Of a stretch of DNA of 64,000 bases, positions 40,620-53,500 are shown piece by piece (position 1 is the first letter of the stretch; each line of letters starts with the position of its first letter). Origin of the DNA: Lingula anatina (taxonomy: Eukaryota; Animalia; Brachiopoda); the NCBI GenBank assembly GCA_051362555.1, contig CM120642.1, forward strand, positions 12,896,001 through 12,960,000. The letters run 5' to 3'. Position numbers and translations under genes: made by a program. The notes beneath the pieces are model-generated. The model was not told the DNA's origin. It saw nothing but the letters and a program-made list of their open reading frames with translations, and did no database searches.

Positions 40620-41224
40620 AACCCAAGTTTAGAAGACATCATACCACCGATGTCTGATCTTGACAGGGGTCATGCCATTGCCATTATATTTTGGTGGGAA
40701 GTGGCAATATCCAGAAAGACCTCATGGTGATTGAAGTGATTGGTGGTAATGTTGAAATCATTCCACGGCTATCTTATCTGGACAGGGGTCGTGTTATTTG
40801 TCATTTGTCATCTGCACAGTTTTATGGTTTTGGTGGGTAGAAATGGTAATTTCTAGGCGGACTTTATGGTGAATACAGTGGTTTGTGTAAATCTCACTGA
40901 ACAGCGGCATAGATATTAAGTCCTAAGGACGGTTGTTATGCTAATCATGCATCAACACCCAACCCAACGCTTGCTCCAGCAGGACAACGCCCGTCCCCAT
41001 ACTGCCAGGATAGCACAGGTGTGTCTGTAGCAGTAGCAGATCCAGACTCTTCTTTAGACCAGGCATATTGAGCATGCCTGGGTTGAACTGGGCGGACGAC
41101 GGCCACAGCCTACCAGCGTTATAGTGTTCAGATTGCACTGGTGGAAGAATGGTGGAGGTGACTCATACATGTAAAACCATAAAACCAAGGGCAGAACAAA
41201 ACGTCAGTATTTTTTTGGACAGTA
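40620..41224 (+). mobile_element. Decayed, internally deleted Tc1/mariner (Tc1-type) transposon
   Basis: N-terminal-like MSDLDRGHAI at ~40630; QQDNARPHTARI at 40977; IEHAWVELG at ~41067 with stops and deletions in between; Tc1-like right end CAGTATTTTTTTGGACAGTA|TA. Left end not resolved. Confidence 0.8.
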
Positions 41225-41394
41225 TACTGTACATGTAAATCCAAAGGGTATTTTACAAACAGTGCAAAAATTGCAATTTTAAAAATATATATGACGTATT
41301 AGTGGCACGTGGTACCAAGAAGACGAACAATAATAATAATATGTACCAGAAGCTTGCTAGCACCACTGAACCCCCTCCCCCAAGTTCCATCAAC

Positions 41395-41642
41395 AAACTA
41401 GAAAAGCACTCCGAGAGCGCAGACCTCCGCCAAGGCAGCAATTTATTAATATTATTATTGATTATTGATTAATTATTGATCCGGATCACCGCCAAAAACT
41501 AATCATCTGTTCCTTGGCCCACTTCTGACAGTTCCTGAAATTTTCATCAAAATCGGTCCATAACTTTTTGAGTTATGTTGATGACAGACAAACAAACAGA
41601 CAAACAGGGGTGAAAACATAACCTCCTTGGCGGAGGTAATAA
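41395..41642 (-). mobile_element. Non-autonomous Helentron-associated (HINE / DINE-1-like) element
   Basis: Subterminal inverted repeats ACCTCCGCCAAGG (41423-41435) and CCTTGGCGGAGGT (41625-41637), palindrome ACCTCC-TTGGC-GGAGGT, (GACA/AACA)n microsatellite 41583-41606, terminal stem-loop GCACTCCGAGAGCGC next to AACTAGAAAA. Confidence 0.8.
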
Positions 41643-43836
41643 GCGTTGCTGTAAAACTTTCTAGACGTGGAACGAGCCAAAGCCTCACTAAGTCTGAAAT
41701 GAGCCTTTTTCGGGAAACTGTGATCAGATATGGGAAATATTGTTCACTTATTGGAAAACCAAAAAAGTCCCAGGAGTAATATGTATTCATAAGCGCACTG
41801 ATGTTGTTATGGTTTGAATTTCTTTTCGAATATAACAGAGGCGACTTTCGATATGGTTGCATGAGGAACGATTTTAGCAAGTAACCAATATCCAAATCTT
41901 AAGTTTGTTTTAGTTTCAAATCAGATTTTTTAATTTATTTTTAAAGCTATTTCACGTTGCCAAAATAGACATTGATAGCGATTGATTGCACATAAAATTT
42001 CCGGACAACTTACTTTGCTTGTCCTGCCACTGAGATCGAAATATTGCAACCCTAAACTGTGTCTGTGATCAAAAAGAATATACCACAAAATCAAAAAATT
42101 ATATGTATTTTGATTTGGAACAGCGCGATTGCCAAATGTGCCATGAGAGAGCTCTGTGCCCACGCTAATTCGATCTACAACGCCCCCCCCCCCCAATCAC
42201 TGGAGTTATATAAAAAAAGACACTCATTTAACGCCTCCAAGAAGTTTTTTTAGAATACTTGCGTCTTTTTTTACTGTCTTGGGAACGACTTAATGTGAAG
42301 ATCACGAAAGACCGATAGTAAAACTTTCTTCAGACGTTTGAAAGAGACATCTGGAAGACATCGTGTCGGTAGAATAAAGACGCCTTGAAGTTTTCATGAA
42401 CTTCAAGACCACACAAGACCAATTCCAAAACCTCTTCAGACGTTTGAAATACTACCTTTCAAGCCGTCTCCAAGACTTCTTTGTGACCAAACGTGGCTGA
42501 CTGGGTGGGTGATTCCGTATTTATGATCATCACTACTGCAACCGGGGCACTTTTACAAGAATGTGTCTCCCACAATGCACCGTGATCTACCAGATAAATG
42601 GATACCCAGTACGAAAATGATTTATTCGTTACTTTTAAAGTATTGAATAATGTGTGCATTAGATGATTCGTGTCAAGCAAAACAAACGTACTGAATTATC
42701 CGCCAGGATCTACTGTATTTTTTAGTAATTGAGCTGCACAGTTCCCTTATCTCTATATTGCTTTATGATGAATGACACAGGTACGTAGTGCATTACCCAA
42801 ATGTTCAAGTTGATACAAAAACATTCACGTCTTTTGTGTCACAATATAACTGAAGCGTTTTGTGATAAATTGCGATTCAAATGTGTGATACTTATAAAAA
42901 CATTCAAAATGCATTACTTGTAAAAAAGTAAATGTACTTGGGCATAATGCTCAACACGTCATAATGAAAACAGATGGATTCAAATGATATAACATTGACG
43001 GACGACCTATGTGTAAATGCGTTTGAGAGCCGTGTCTAAATTATTAGATGAAGCGTTTAATTTGAAATTGTATTTAGGGAAACGTATCAAATATGTATTC
43101 GGCACCATAAAGTGCCCCACTTTATCTTTTATAAGTTCTCGTAATGAGAGTCTGATGAAATTACGAGCCACACAAACAGACATCATAGCACTATTACTCT
43201 TGTAACATAAAGGGAAACATCTAAGAACCACTGTGAGTAAGTCTCCTTCGAGCTTTAATTCTTGATTAGAAATAACCTCTGTGTCAAAGACTATATATCT
43301 GCCATTATCTTCAACATGCAATTTTTTCTATAATCTGTATACAGAGGGATCGATACCTACCCTCAACCCTTTTCAAACAAAATTACCATTGGTACAATCA
43401 CCCTTTTACACAATACATCACGGTTACCGAAGTAATTTGCTGTGTATCATATTATTCCAGTAATTATGTTTTCCTCAAGATTATGTTGTTTTTTTTCGAT
43501 CCAAAATACTTGATTGTTTTTTCTTGATGATACACCTCGCTCAAATTTACAACATTAACTCATGTTAGTTTTGATTTGGAACAGCGTTTATCGCCTGTTT
43601 TCTCTTTCACAAACAACAGTACATTTGCCGTTGCTCACACAGCACTATATGCTTTCTAAATTTATATGGTCTGCCTTCAGAATGTGTGTTTTGAGCGTTG
43701 CCAGCTACACGTTTCTTTGGCCCTTCTTACATCAGGATAGCGACTGCTTGCAGAACGACCCTTACAATCATGTAACTAAAGGAAAAGACTGCAATATTCA
43801 AAGTTCATATAGACTGATGTATCAATTTCATGTTGA

Positions 43837-44120
43837 CCCGCACGAAAACGAAGTAGATACTCCAGCGCAGTAGACTACTGCAATCATACTGCAAACATGC
43901 TTCAAATCTGCTTCGATGTGAGAGCTAATTAGCATATTTGAAACATGCTTCTATCATGCTGCTAATCTACTGCATTAATGCTTCTTCTCTGTACAACCCT
44001 ATGTAATTTTTGAAGTAGAATTGCAGTAGGCTATACTGCATTTCTACTGCAAATATGCTCCACACCACTACTGCGTTAATGCTTCTTTGCTACTTCGATA
44101 CTACTGCATTTTCGTGCGGG
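43837..44120. mobile_element. MITE with CCC...GGG termini and 2-bp TSD GA (CMC/EnSpm-type), 284 bp
   Basis: TIRs CCCGCACGAAAACGAAGTAG / CCCGCACGAAAATGCAGTAG (18 of 20 match); GA on both flanks; repeated internal CTACTGCA/TGCAGTAG motifs. Confidence 0.85.
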
Positions 44121-47100
44121 GAGTGTCACGTTTTTTGAAGTCCCAAAATTTCGTTATTCAAGCGGTGTAACTGGGGCTAAAGCGGCATCACGCTATTAAA
44201 ATAGCAATACTAGCAGTGACTGGACCATCGTCCATTAAGTGGTAGCCTAAAGATCTGATTTGATTTCACACATACTTGATAAACTTTTTGGCCATCATTG
44301 TTGGTTTTGGTATATAATACGTTATTATGAAATACATTAATACATTTGCCGTGTAGTACAGTTCAAGTGGTAATACGCACATTTACAGTCAGTCACGTAA
44401 CAGCACCTCCTACAGTTTTAACACCCCTCTGAGGAAGGGGAACAGTCAGTTTGCAAAAGCACACATTTATTGTGAATCGTGTAATTCATTACCAATCCTA
44501 TATTCAAATATTTCACTTGAAACAATACAACACGATTGCATCTAGTATTTCCTGTCTGGCCCCTACTTAGCCATTGGCACTCTGTAACTAACTAGTGCTT
44601 CAAGGTGTTGAGATGAAGTGATGTTGAGAGACAGAAGGGAAACACCTGCGTCAGCAATGTAAAAAAGCAGCCGTCTAAACAATGGCTCTCCTGCAGTTAC
44701 ACAGAAACTGTTTTGAATGCTGTTGATCAATACGCAACCAACTAACTATGATATCTATATACGCATATATATGAATAACCTCGAAAGAAAAGCTAACATT
44801 TTCTTCAGTAATATGATAAATAACAGTAAGCGACATGCTGTTACGTCTGAAATGTGTATCTTAAATACCTTTGTTATGGGAAAACCTTCCGCACGTAAAG
44901 GCAATGCAGCAAGAAGAGTAGTGTTGATTCCCTCAGTTAGAACGTGATCTTTGATCAAATGGACAAAAAAGGTCCTTAAACCCCATCCAGATTCACAAAT
45001 AAATTGATTTCTTAGCAAACTGCCTTTAGTGTCAGCCACCATACGGGTAACGTTAAGGATTGCAAGATCGATATACATCCCTCAAGAGCAGCTTTCATCA
45101 TATACCTTGCAATGGCAATGGGTAGTTTTCCACATGATCGGGTTTCTCCTGCATAGAATACTTGCATGCATATCTCGTTTTTTTTTTTTTTTTTACCATC
45201 AGCTTTGATGTGAGACCAGCCGTAACAGGTGGATGTTGCTTCCAATACTGCAGCAATACGTATAACTAGTCGTTAGTTGTAAATTGCTTTCATCCGTTGT
45301 TATGATACGACAAAGGCTCTAATGGTGATGATGATGTGAATTTGATGAAATTACATGGATTGCCGTGATAATTGATATGTTTGGATATACGGACGCCAGA
45401 AAAAGAAAAACCGGTGTGTGCCCACAATTTAATTACGATAGGGCATACATGTATCCCATGAATGCTATTATCTGTTTGACTGCTCTAAGTCATTTTCAGT
45501 TAGTTTTCTAAGTGGCTGATGACGCTGCGCAATAATTTTCAATTATTTTAATGTTAAGGGGGGGGGGGACAAGGGGTAGCGCAGAAGCTAGGGGAGCACG
45601 TACCCACTGTACCCTTCCCTTAGTCCACGTAGGTGTTTTATAACTTAGATATACGAAATAGACACTTACTGACTTGGTAGGGCCAGAACAGGCAGAGTCC
45701 CCATCCAGTGTCAGGAAACTAATGGCTTTGTAAAAAAAAAAAAAAAAAAGAAAATACCCCACTGTACTCCCAAACAGTCGATACAAGTCTGCGTAATTGC
45801 TTATATCATAGCAAATAGAAAAGAGGGAAGCGTTTATTGCCATTCTCCAGAGAAAGACATAATATGCTGTATGAGAATGAAACTTGATAGGATCCCGAAA
45901 GGATAATGTAGACAGGTCCAGGATCCTCCTTCATAGCTTCCATTGATTTGTAGGCAGATAGGTTTAATAAAACAAGGCTAATACAAAATTAATACTTACA
46001 GTACTTGCACCCCTCCCCAACTCACACACATCTTGGCATCCCCCTCCCCCTGCCACAAACGCACACACACCTTGTGACATAGTGTGTAAAACATTATAAC
46101 CCCAGTCATAAGGTCATGAATCAGCCAGTATGATGAAGTAACATTAACACAGTGATGTGAGTGATGAAGGATGAGCAATATCACTACCACGGTTGTACCA
46201 GTCACATTATAGCAATCGTGTAAAAATAATAATATTCCTTCGAAAACGTCTTTCTCCAAAGTTGAATTTACTTTACCAGTGTGAGCAATGGGGGAGGGGG
46301 AGGGGGGGTATTTTAAACAAAAAATCAACTCCTTCGTAACATCCTGGATCCATCAACCAGAGGGAAAATAATACTTGTATGTACGTGAACATGTTCCTAC
46401 TTACACTGGGTCAGTGCCCCGAGATAGACACATCTGGCACGTGTCGCGAGTTTGGTCTTTTAGCACATACATGTCAATTATCAAAAGTGTATTTTCATGT
46501 TGAGCATTCTCCCTTCGGGTTGCCGACCACAGTATACCAAGGGCAATTAAAAAAAAATAGATAGGTGTAGGATTACAAAAGCATATCACTTAACAGACGT
46601 ACATGTATGTAAAATTACACTTGAGTAATAACGCACGTAGTTGCATTATGTTCAGTATACATGTATCGTTGCTTATTACATTCTGGTCCGATTTTTGTTA
46701 ATATCTCATATATTAATTATGAAAATATTAATATTTAATTGAAATGTGAATTTCAAATACTTTCAATAAAAGTTACAGTGTAAAATACAAGTTAAATACA
46801 ATTATGAGCAAAATGATCGAATCGCCTTGAAAAGTTCTGAGTGAGATACGTAATTTGACATTGATTTATCAGGCTACATAATCATACATAAATATGAGAG
46901 ATCAGTAATGCCCCCAAAAATATCATCAAACATCAATTCTGATCAATTGAATTTGCTTTTGCCCTTTACTTCTGAGCACTGATGATAACTCATTTCTATT
47001 CATACGCTTTCTGCACGTGTTCTTGGTTGTCTACTCATTTTTCTTTTTCTTACCTTAGACAGCTTTATAGATGATATATCTCATTGGGCCCTACCACCAG

Positions 47101-47221
47101 TTGCAGTAAATTATTGCAACATATGGTATCTGAGCGCTTCTTAGACAATTATGTACTGAATCTGTGTAATGCTGTTGAGTAATGCAGTGCCAATGATTAA
47201 CTGAGAGGTGAGTGTACAGAA

Positions 47222-47466
47222 CAGGGGCGGATCCAGGATTATTTGAAGAGGGGGTGCAGAACGACAGGCGGGGGTTTCGGGGTCTGCTTAAGGGCCCCAA
47301 AATTTTTGATGTTTTGGAGGGGAAACTGTGCCCTTTGGTACAGTTTAGAACGATGGTTTAGCTATTCAAAGTTCTAATTTCAAGAGGGGACTATTAGGGT
47401 GATATATATTTTTTCAGAAACCGAAGGGGGTCAGGTCCCCCTTAATCCCCTCTAAATCCGCCACTG
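47222..47466. mobile_element. MITE with CAGGGGCGGAT...ATCCGCCACTG termini and 5-bp TSD CAGAA (hAT-like), 245 bp
   Basis: 11-bp TIRs with one mismatch; CAGAA at 47217-47221 and 47467-47471. Confidence 0.78.
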
Positions 47467-48907
47467 CAGAATAAATATAATGATTACATACACGTATGTA
47501 TTGGAACTTTAGGGAAATTACCACCACTTGGAAGTATTAAGCCGTGAGGTTTAAGATACTGACCATATTCGAAAGGGAAATGCTGATTCAATGAAGAAAG
47601 GAGCAGTAGAAACATCTTTCGACGAGAAATAATGTTCGATTACAGGGTGGTTTCCAATACCGTGTATTCTAGCGTCTGCTATTGTCAGATACATCATTGC
47701 GTTAACTGTCAATTATAAAATATTTTGTAATACTTTAAGCTCCAGCGTAAAGAATTCAGCCTGATCGTGGGATTTTAAGTGACGATAAACACATGAACAT
47801 GGTTAAGTCCGAAGTATAAGATATTTAACCTGATTGGCGGAAAGATATATGCATGTTCATTCTCGTCGCAAAACAGATTTCCGTCTAGAATCCATTGGCA
47901 TTGCATGCCCACCCTAAATAAATGTATATACCATCTATATAAATGTAAAAAGCTTTGCGTTTTTAGAAAAAGCAAATAATTTGTTTCAAAACTGTGATCA
48001 CACCAAAATTATAAAGCATTCTACAGTTTGCGTGAAGTCGTTTAACTGCCCTACCTTTTCCTGCAGCAGCGTGCCGGTATGCAGAATGCCTTGCGTTTTG
48101 CTGATCTCTTGTCTGAGCTCAAGTCCGGTGTTTGTCCGGCTCACAGCTAGTCATAGCATGCATGGAACTACCAACTGCTATGAAGTGTCTACAGGCATGT
48201 GCATTATACCTGTATACGGTCGCACAAGAATTTAGAGAGATGATCAGTTAGAGCCGATGCCAGATTTGTCTTTAAAGGGAAAACCATTGCCCCGGAGACT
48301 AATGTATCTTGTAAAGACATCTGGTGACGTCATACATCCATTTCATTTAAGTTATTCCAGCTTTTGAACACCCTTTCAAAAGAGGGTCAAGGTGTTGGGC
48401 ATGAATTAACTTTATTCTGGCCACTACACTAAAGCACTTAATGTCAACAATTTGCATAGATTTATTATGTAGGCTAACCTTGCCCTATTTTAACCCACAG
48501 TACCGTGAAGCATCACGCCGTCTGGTGTTTGTTATGCCAGCTATCCGCTGCCCAGTGGCAGGAATGTTCAGTGAACGGGCAACTATTCACCACCACTCCA
48601 CCCCTGGACGGTCATGGACGGCGTGGCTGAAGAAACTGACCTGAACTATTTGACGCTACTTGTACTGTCAGTTATGTTTTATATTATGTGAATGGATTTT
48701 AACAGGGGTGTGAGGGACATTCCTTGTCTAAAATGATTAAGATTAAGATTTACTTTCGTGCAAAACTATTTGAATTAAAAATCTATTTTCCCTGAACGTA
48801 AAAGACTATGTGAATGCGTCTGCTGTGTGTTTTAGTTTAAATATGAAAACACAAACTCATCTGCGGAGAAGGAATGTGTTCTAGGTTGATGTAAGTACGA
48901 ATCTATA

Positions 48908-48938
48908 AATCAATCTATCAATCAATCAATCAATCAAT

Positions 48939-48973
<35 letters not shown>
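48908..48973. repeat. Compound microsatellite (TCAA)n-(TC)n
   Basis: Visible runs. Confidence 0.95.
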
Positions 48974-48978
<5 letters not shown>

Positions 48979-49249
48979 GAGAAGGAATACGGCCCTTAAA
49001 ATTGTGGATCATTTTTAATGAATTATCATAAATTTTGTGAAATTCTCCATTTGTTTAAACTTATGACACCATTTAACCTGTCCTGCAAAGCATTTTATAA
49101 CTGTAAAAATCATTAATTCATCTATAAACTTTAAGAATTAAAGTCAAAAATAGAGCTAGATATGTCAGATGCGTAACACGTTTAAAACTGCCAATAATTA
49201 AAACCTCTTGTATTTTATGTCAATGCTATATTATGTCTCTTACAGGATA

Positions 49250-49385
49250 CTGGGCTGTATGCTCCCCAGGGAGTAGAGAGCGTTAACACCCAGACGGTAC
49301 TGGGCCAAAAATGACCAGGCGCCTGTAAGCCACGCTGAGACGCATCTGAGGATAGGAAGTGCACTTTACTTTTATTTTACTTTTA
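49250..49385 (+). mobile_element. 5'-truncated SINE body and LINE-like tail
   Basis: GGGCTGTATGCTCCCCAGGGAG, which I recall as a conserved central SINE domain (MetaSINE-like; unverified), then CCTGTAAGCCACGCTGAGACGC...AAGTGCAC and a (TTTTA/TTTAC)n tail. No Pol III head seen. Confidence 0.6.
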
Positions 49386-50577
49386 ATCACCAATGCATTA
49401 AAAGAAAATACAAGAAATCAAACGACAAAAAACAACAGCAGGCTATAACTTCAGAAAGCCTAACAAATAAATACGTTCTCCAAACCCTGCTTCTTTAATT
49501 ACTGGGACCAACATCAATCAACAGCTGATACGTGCCGTCACAATTCATCATCAGGCAAATAAGTGGGGTTGTGATCAATAAACAAAGACAGCAGTGTTGT
49601 TATAATGCTCTTTCCCTAGATTATCCATTTTTCTTTCCTTCCTGAGGTAGTATAATATATAATATAATCTACATTGCAAACATATTAATTCTAAGAGGTA
49701 TCCTACAGAAACAGCCAATGCTTCCTAAAGTATTTATTTTATCGCCTAAAACAAGATAAAAAAATCAAAATGTGTTTTTTCAACCGAAGAGAGATTGCTC
49801 GAAGAGGAAATGGGTAACGATTACATCCATAATTCATTAAAACAGAATGTGTATTTGATTCATCATATACAACGACATGGTACTCACCAATAATTGCAAC
49901 TATTAAATATTAAAAAGAGCAACAACGATGCTCCTATGGCAACAAACCTAATCCATCCTGCTTCTTGTAGGATGGTTCGCTCAGAGCTAGATATCGACGG
50001 GACTCATTGCCTTCGCTGCTTTTGTCAAAGTGTTGTAATCAAACTCCTTTGGTCACGGCCTCCCAGAATTCCGGAGCCGATAAGGCACATATTTTGCAAG
50101 GTATGTCTTAGCCCGGGGGGGTAGTGTATTTCACAAACTCAATCTAATTAAATCGCTATTGCTTGCAAGTATTTTCGTAATATAAAAACACTGTCACTGC
50201 TGGAAGAGGGGTTTTAATCTTGGTCCTGCATAATATTACTTTTGTTGCAATTTACCTCGTGGATTTATTTATATATTTATTTATTTATATATTTTTGTCA
50301 TTTGAGAACAGGATCGGGGCTGAGTCATTTGAAAAAAAATGAACAAAACCTCATTCTTTATAGTTATACGAAAATGGTGTTGCAAATGCGCCGTTGCCTT
50401 TACTCTAAAAGAAAACCCCGTTTGTTAAACAACGAGGGGATGGCCTACCTGCACTTGGATGAGTTATATTTCAAATCGTTATCAGCTAGTTGTTTTAGTT
50501 AATAGATAATCGGTTGAATGTTTTTAACTAAATATTTAAATATATGTATATTTGGGTACATGTTTTTCAGCAAAATT

Positions 50578-53500
50578 ATGGTGATGCCGACAACTATCGG
50601 GACATTCACAGGTGTCTTGTTCCTTTTCAATTATAATCAAGGTAGGTAGTATATAGTTAACACATGTGCCATTGCTTTAATTGCCTTTTTCACAAACATT
50701 TGCAGAGCATAACGTGCTTGATTAAATGGTTTTTTTAAATAGTTGGCAGGCATTCATAGTCCAGCCCTTGGAAATTTCAAGTTAGATACACTTAACTTGT
50801 CGCATTAAATGTTAAGATATTATATTCATCGCCACCCGATGGTTTTAAGGTGAAATTAATGATAAATCATATTGTGGCGAAGTTTTCTATTTAGTCAATG
50901 AAATTTGCTAAGTCTCTGTACCCCTGTCTAAAATAAGTTTTGATTTATCAAATAGAGTATTGTCGATAAGTTTGGAAAGTCACTAGAAACGACTAGTACT
51001 ACAATGCAATTACAGTGACGTTGTAATAAGGCAGGGGAAATGTGTTGAAAAATTACCTTATGTTAATATAATGATATTTTTGACGAACGGTCAAAGTAAG
51101 GTAATACAAATTCTGAACCTAGAGAGTATAATACATGTAAGCATAAGCATGTATTCAGGCCATGTTGACTGTTTATATTTTAAGTATATTCTGGGTTTGT
51201 AAATTTTTTTGTATTTTCTGCTCACGTTGGAATAAATTATCTACCTATCTATTTATCTATCCTAGTCGTAAAATTGAGAAAACAGGAGGAGTGCAATAGA
51301 GCGTAGCCCTTCACAGAAAGGAATATTTCAAAGAAGAAAAACGTATTATTACAACTCATGTAAATACAGCATTTAAGTGATCTGTTGTACAAATAAACAA
51401 ATAAAAAACGATTTTTTTTTCAAACTCCAGTGGCTGTTGCATGTTCAGGAGCGCAATACGAATCGACGAATGGTAGCTGCTACCGGTTTGAGCTTATTTT
51501 CAAAATAAACTGGAACAACGCTCAGCAACAATGTGAATACGATGCAGCAGACCTTGTTTCACTGAATACTGTTGCTGAAAAGGTAAGTCAGACTCCAAAA
51601 GTAATGACGGCTTGCACGGTTGATGGACAAGTGTTTTGAGTATACGGCTCACGCAGGTGTAAACTGACTGACAGTTTAAATTGGTCGAATGTTTACAAGT
51701 TCGTTGGTCACGTACGATGACGTTTGTCCGTCGCTTCTCCATCTGTGGATTTAAAAAACTATTATGAACATATCAAACAACGGAAAAGCAAGAAAATAAG
51801 ATGGGAGTTGCTGAGATAAACGGTACGTTTCTCACTGTGTAAAAACACGGGAAATAAGAATGAGAAATGAGAAGGTGAAGGAGAAAAAGGTGAAAAAGCA
51901 AGGATGTGGAGGTGAGCTGGCATGGGCTTCAGGCAGAGGTAAGAAACACGCTGTATAAGGAGCAAAGAATGCTGACAATGAAACCACCAGGAAAGAGAAA
52001 ACGAGGGAGGTCGAAGAAAATGTCCATGGATGTTATCAAAGAAGACATGCAGGAGGTGAGAGTACTGGAGGACCAAACACAGGACCGCTGTAAGAGGAGG
52101 CGTACTATCCGCTGTGGCGACCCCTGAGTAAGGGCAAAGCCGAAAGTTAAAGAAAAGGAAAATATTGTGGATTGATCCGAATAGAAAACCCTCATGTGAA
52201 ATTTGATATTGTTTTTGTGGGTTTGGTGGACAAAGGGAATTAAAATACAAAGATGGTTTTAAGGCATACCATGCACGCATTAGACATTTATATGGCTAGG
52301 AAAATTCCTAGAAATACCATCAGTTTCCACTTTATCACCGATTGCTGATTGTTTTACAATCTATAAACCTGTTGAATAAGCGAATGGCACAAAAAGGAGA
52401 AAAGGGAGACCACAATGTTTACAAAGCCCAAACTGTCATAACTTCCAGAGGACGGCGTGACCATTAGCCTGATTTTATGCCTTAAGGACTCAGCCTCATC
52501 GCCTGTTTCTTTCATTGAGATATTCTAAGGAGTACAAAAGCAGATAAAGGTTAAAAAGCTAAATATTTTGATGTCCGCTATATTTGATTCTACAATATTA
52601 TTTAAATCGTGCGTCAAACACGATGCCTCCTTAGTATTGTTGCATTAACATAAGCACCACTCATACATACAAGGGACGTTTCTACGCACGACCGTGATTC
52701 TTGGGTCTTGGTGATAAATGTTTTAATCAAGTTTTATTCAACAAAAAGAAGGCAAATCGCTTCTGGCATTATATGCTCACCTTATTAAACAAAGGAAAAT
52801 ATAAATAATAGTTCTTGATAAATGATTTCCGTTCGTAGTGACTATTGCGAAACAGTTGCTAAAACATCTGCATTGTTTTCATTTTTCACTTTTTTGTAGG
52901 ACTTTGTCATTAATAAAATTAGAAGTATTTCGACAGAAAGGTGGCATTTAGGATTAAACGACAAAGCTGTGATAGGTCATTGGGTATGGATGGACGGAAC
53001 CCCCTATACTTTCAGTGCCAGGTACGTCTCTATGTATGCTTATACTAATAGTATATTGGACGGCGGATATAATGAAATCTGATACTGATTTCTTTAACGC
53101 AGAGTATACTATAACTAGTAATAAAGCTTTCTCGGCGTCACTTTTGTGGTATAATTCTCATAGTACATAAATGTGCACAGAATGGCCAGAGAAATTCCTG
53201 TGAGCATCTTGTTCAAAATTTTTGTGACCCTGGTTTTCACGTTCCAAAATTTCTTTTACCTGATCGACAGTAGACGTCGTGAGTTTTACACTGTATTGGC
53301 GGGTTTGGCTTTGGAATTCCAACGGATATATGGAACAAATATCGAAAATGGTAATTGGTGAATTCATTTAGTCACTTATGTCTTCTTTCTTTCTTTATTT
53401 TGTATTTATCATTATCTGTTTTATTGCTTTTTTAATCACCAGTGATTGGGAATCCAACGAACCGGACGATATCCCCATTGAAGATTGTGTAACGCTGCAT

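Noticed and set aside
41503-41895. 130-aa minus-strand ORF (ITSAKEVMFSPLFVCLFVC)
   Set aside because: Read-through translation of the non-coding Helentron-type repeat and its microsatellite.
42285-42506. Repeated CTTCAGACGTTTGAAA / AAGAC motifs ending in CTGACTGGG, resembling a CMC-type MITE
   Set aside because: No matching left TIR or TSD found, so boundaries and identity cannot be supported. Repeats are irregular and not a CRISPR array.
51762-52280. 172-aa minus-strand ORF
   Set aside because: Antisense to the decayed RTE fragment.
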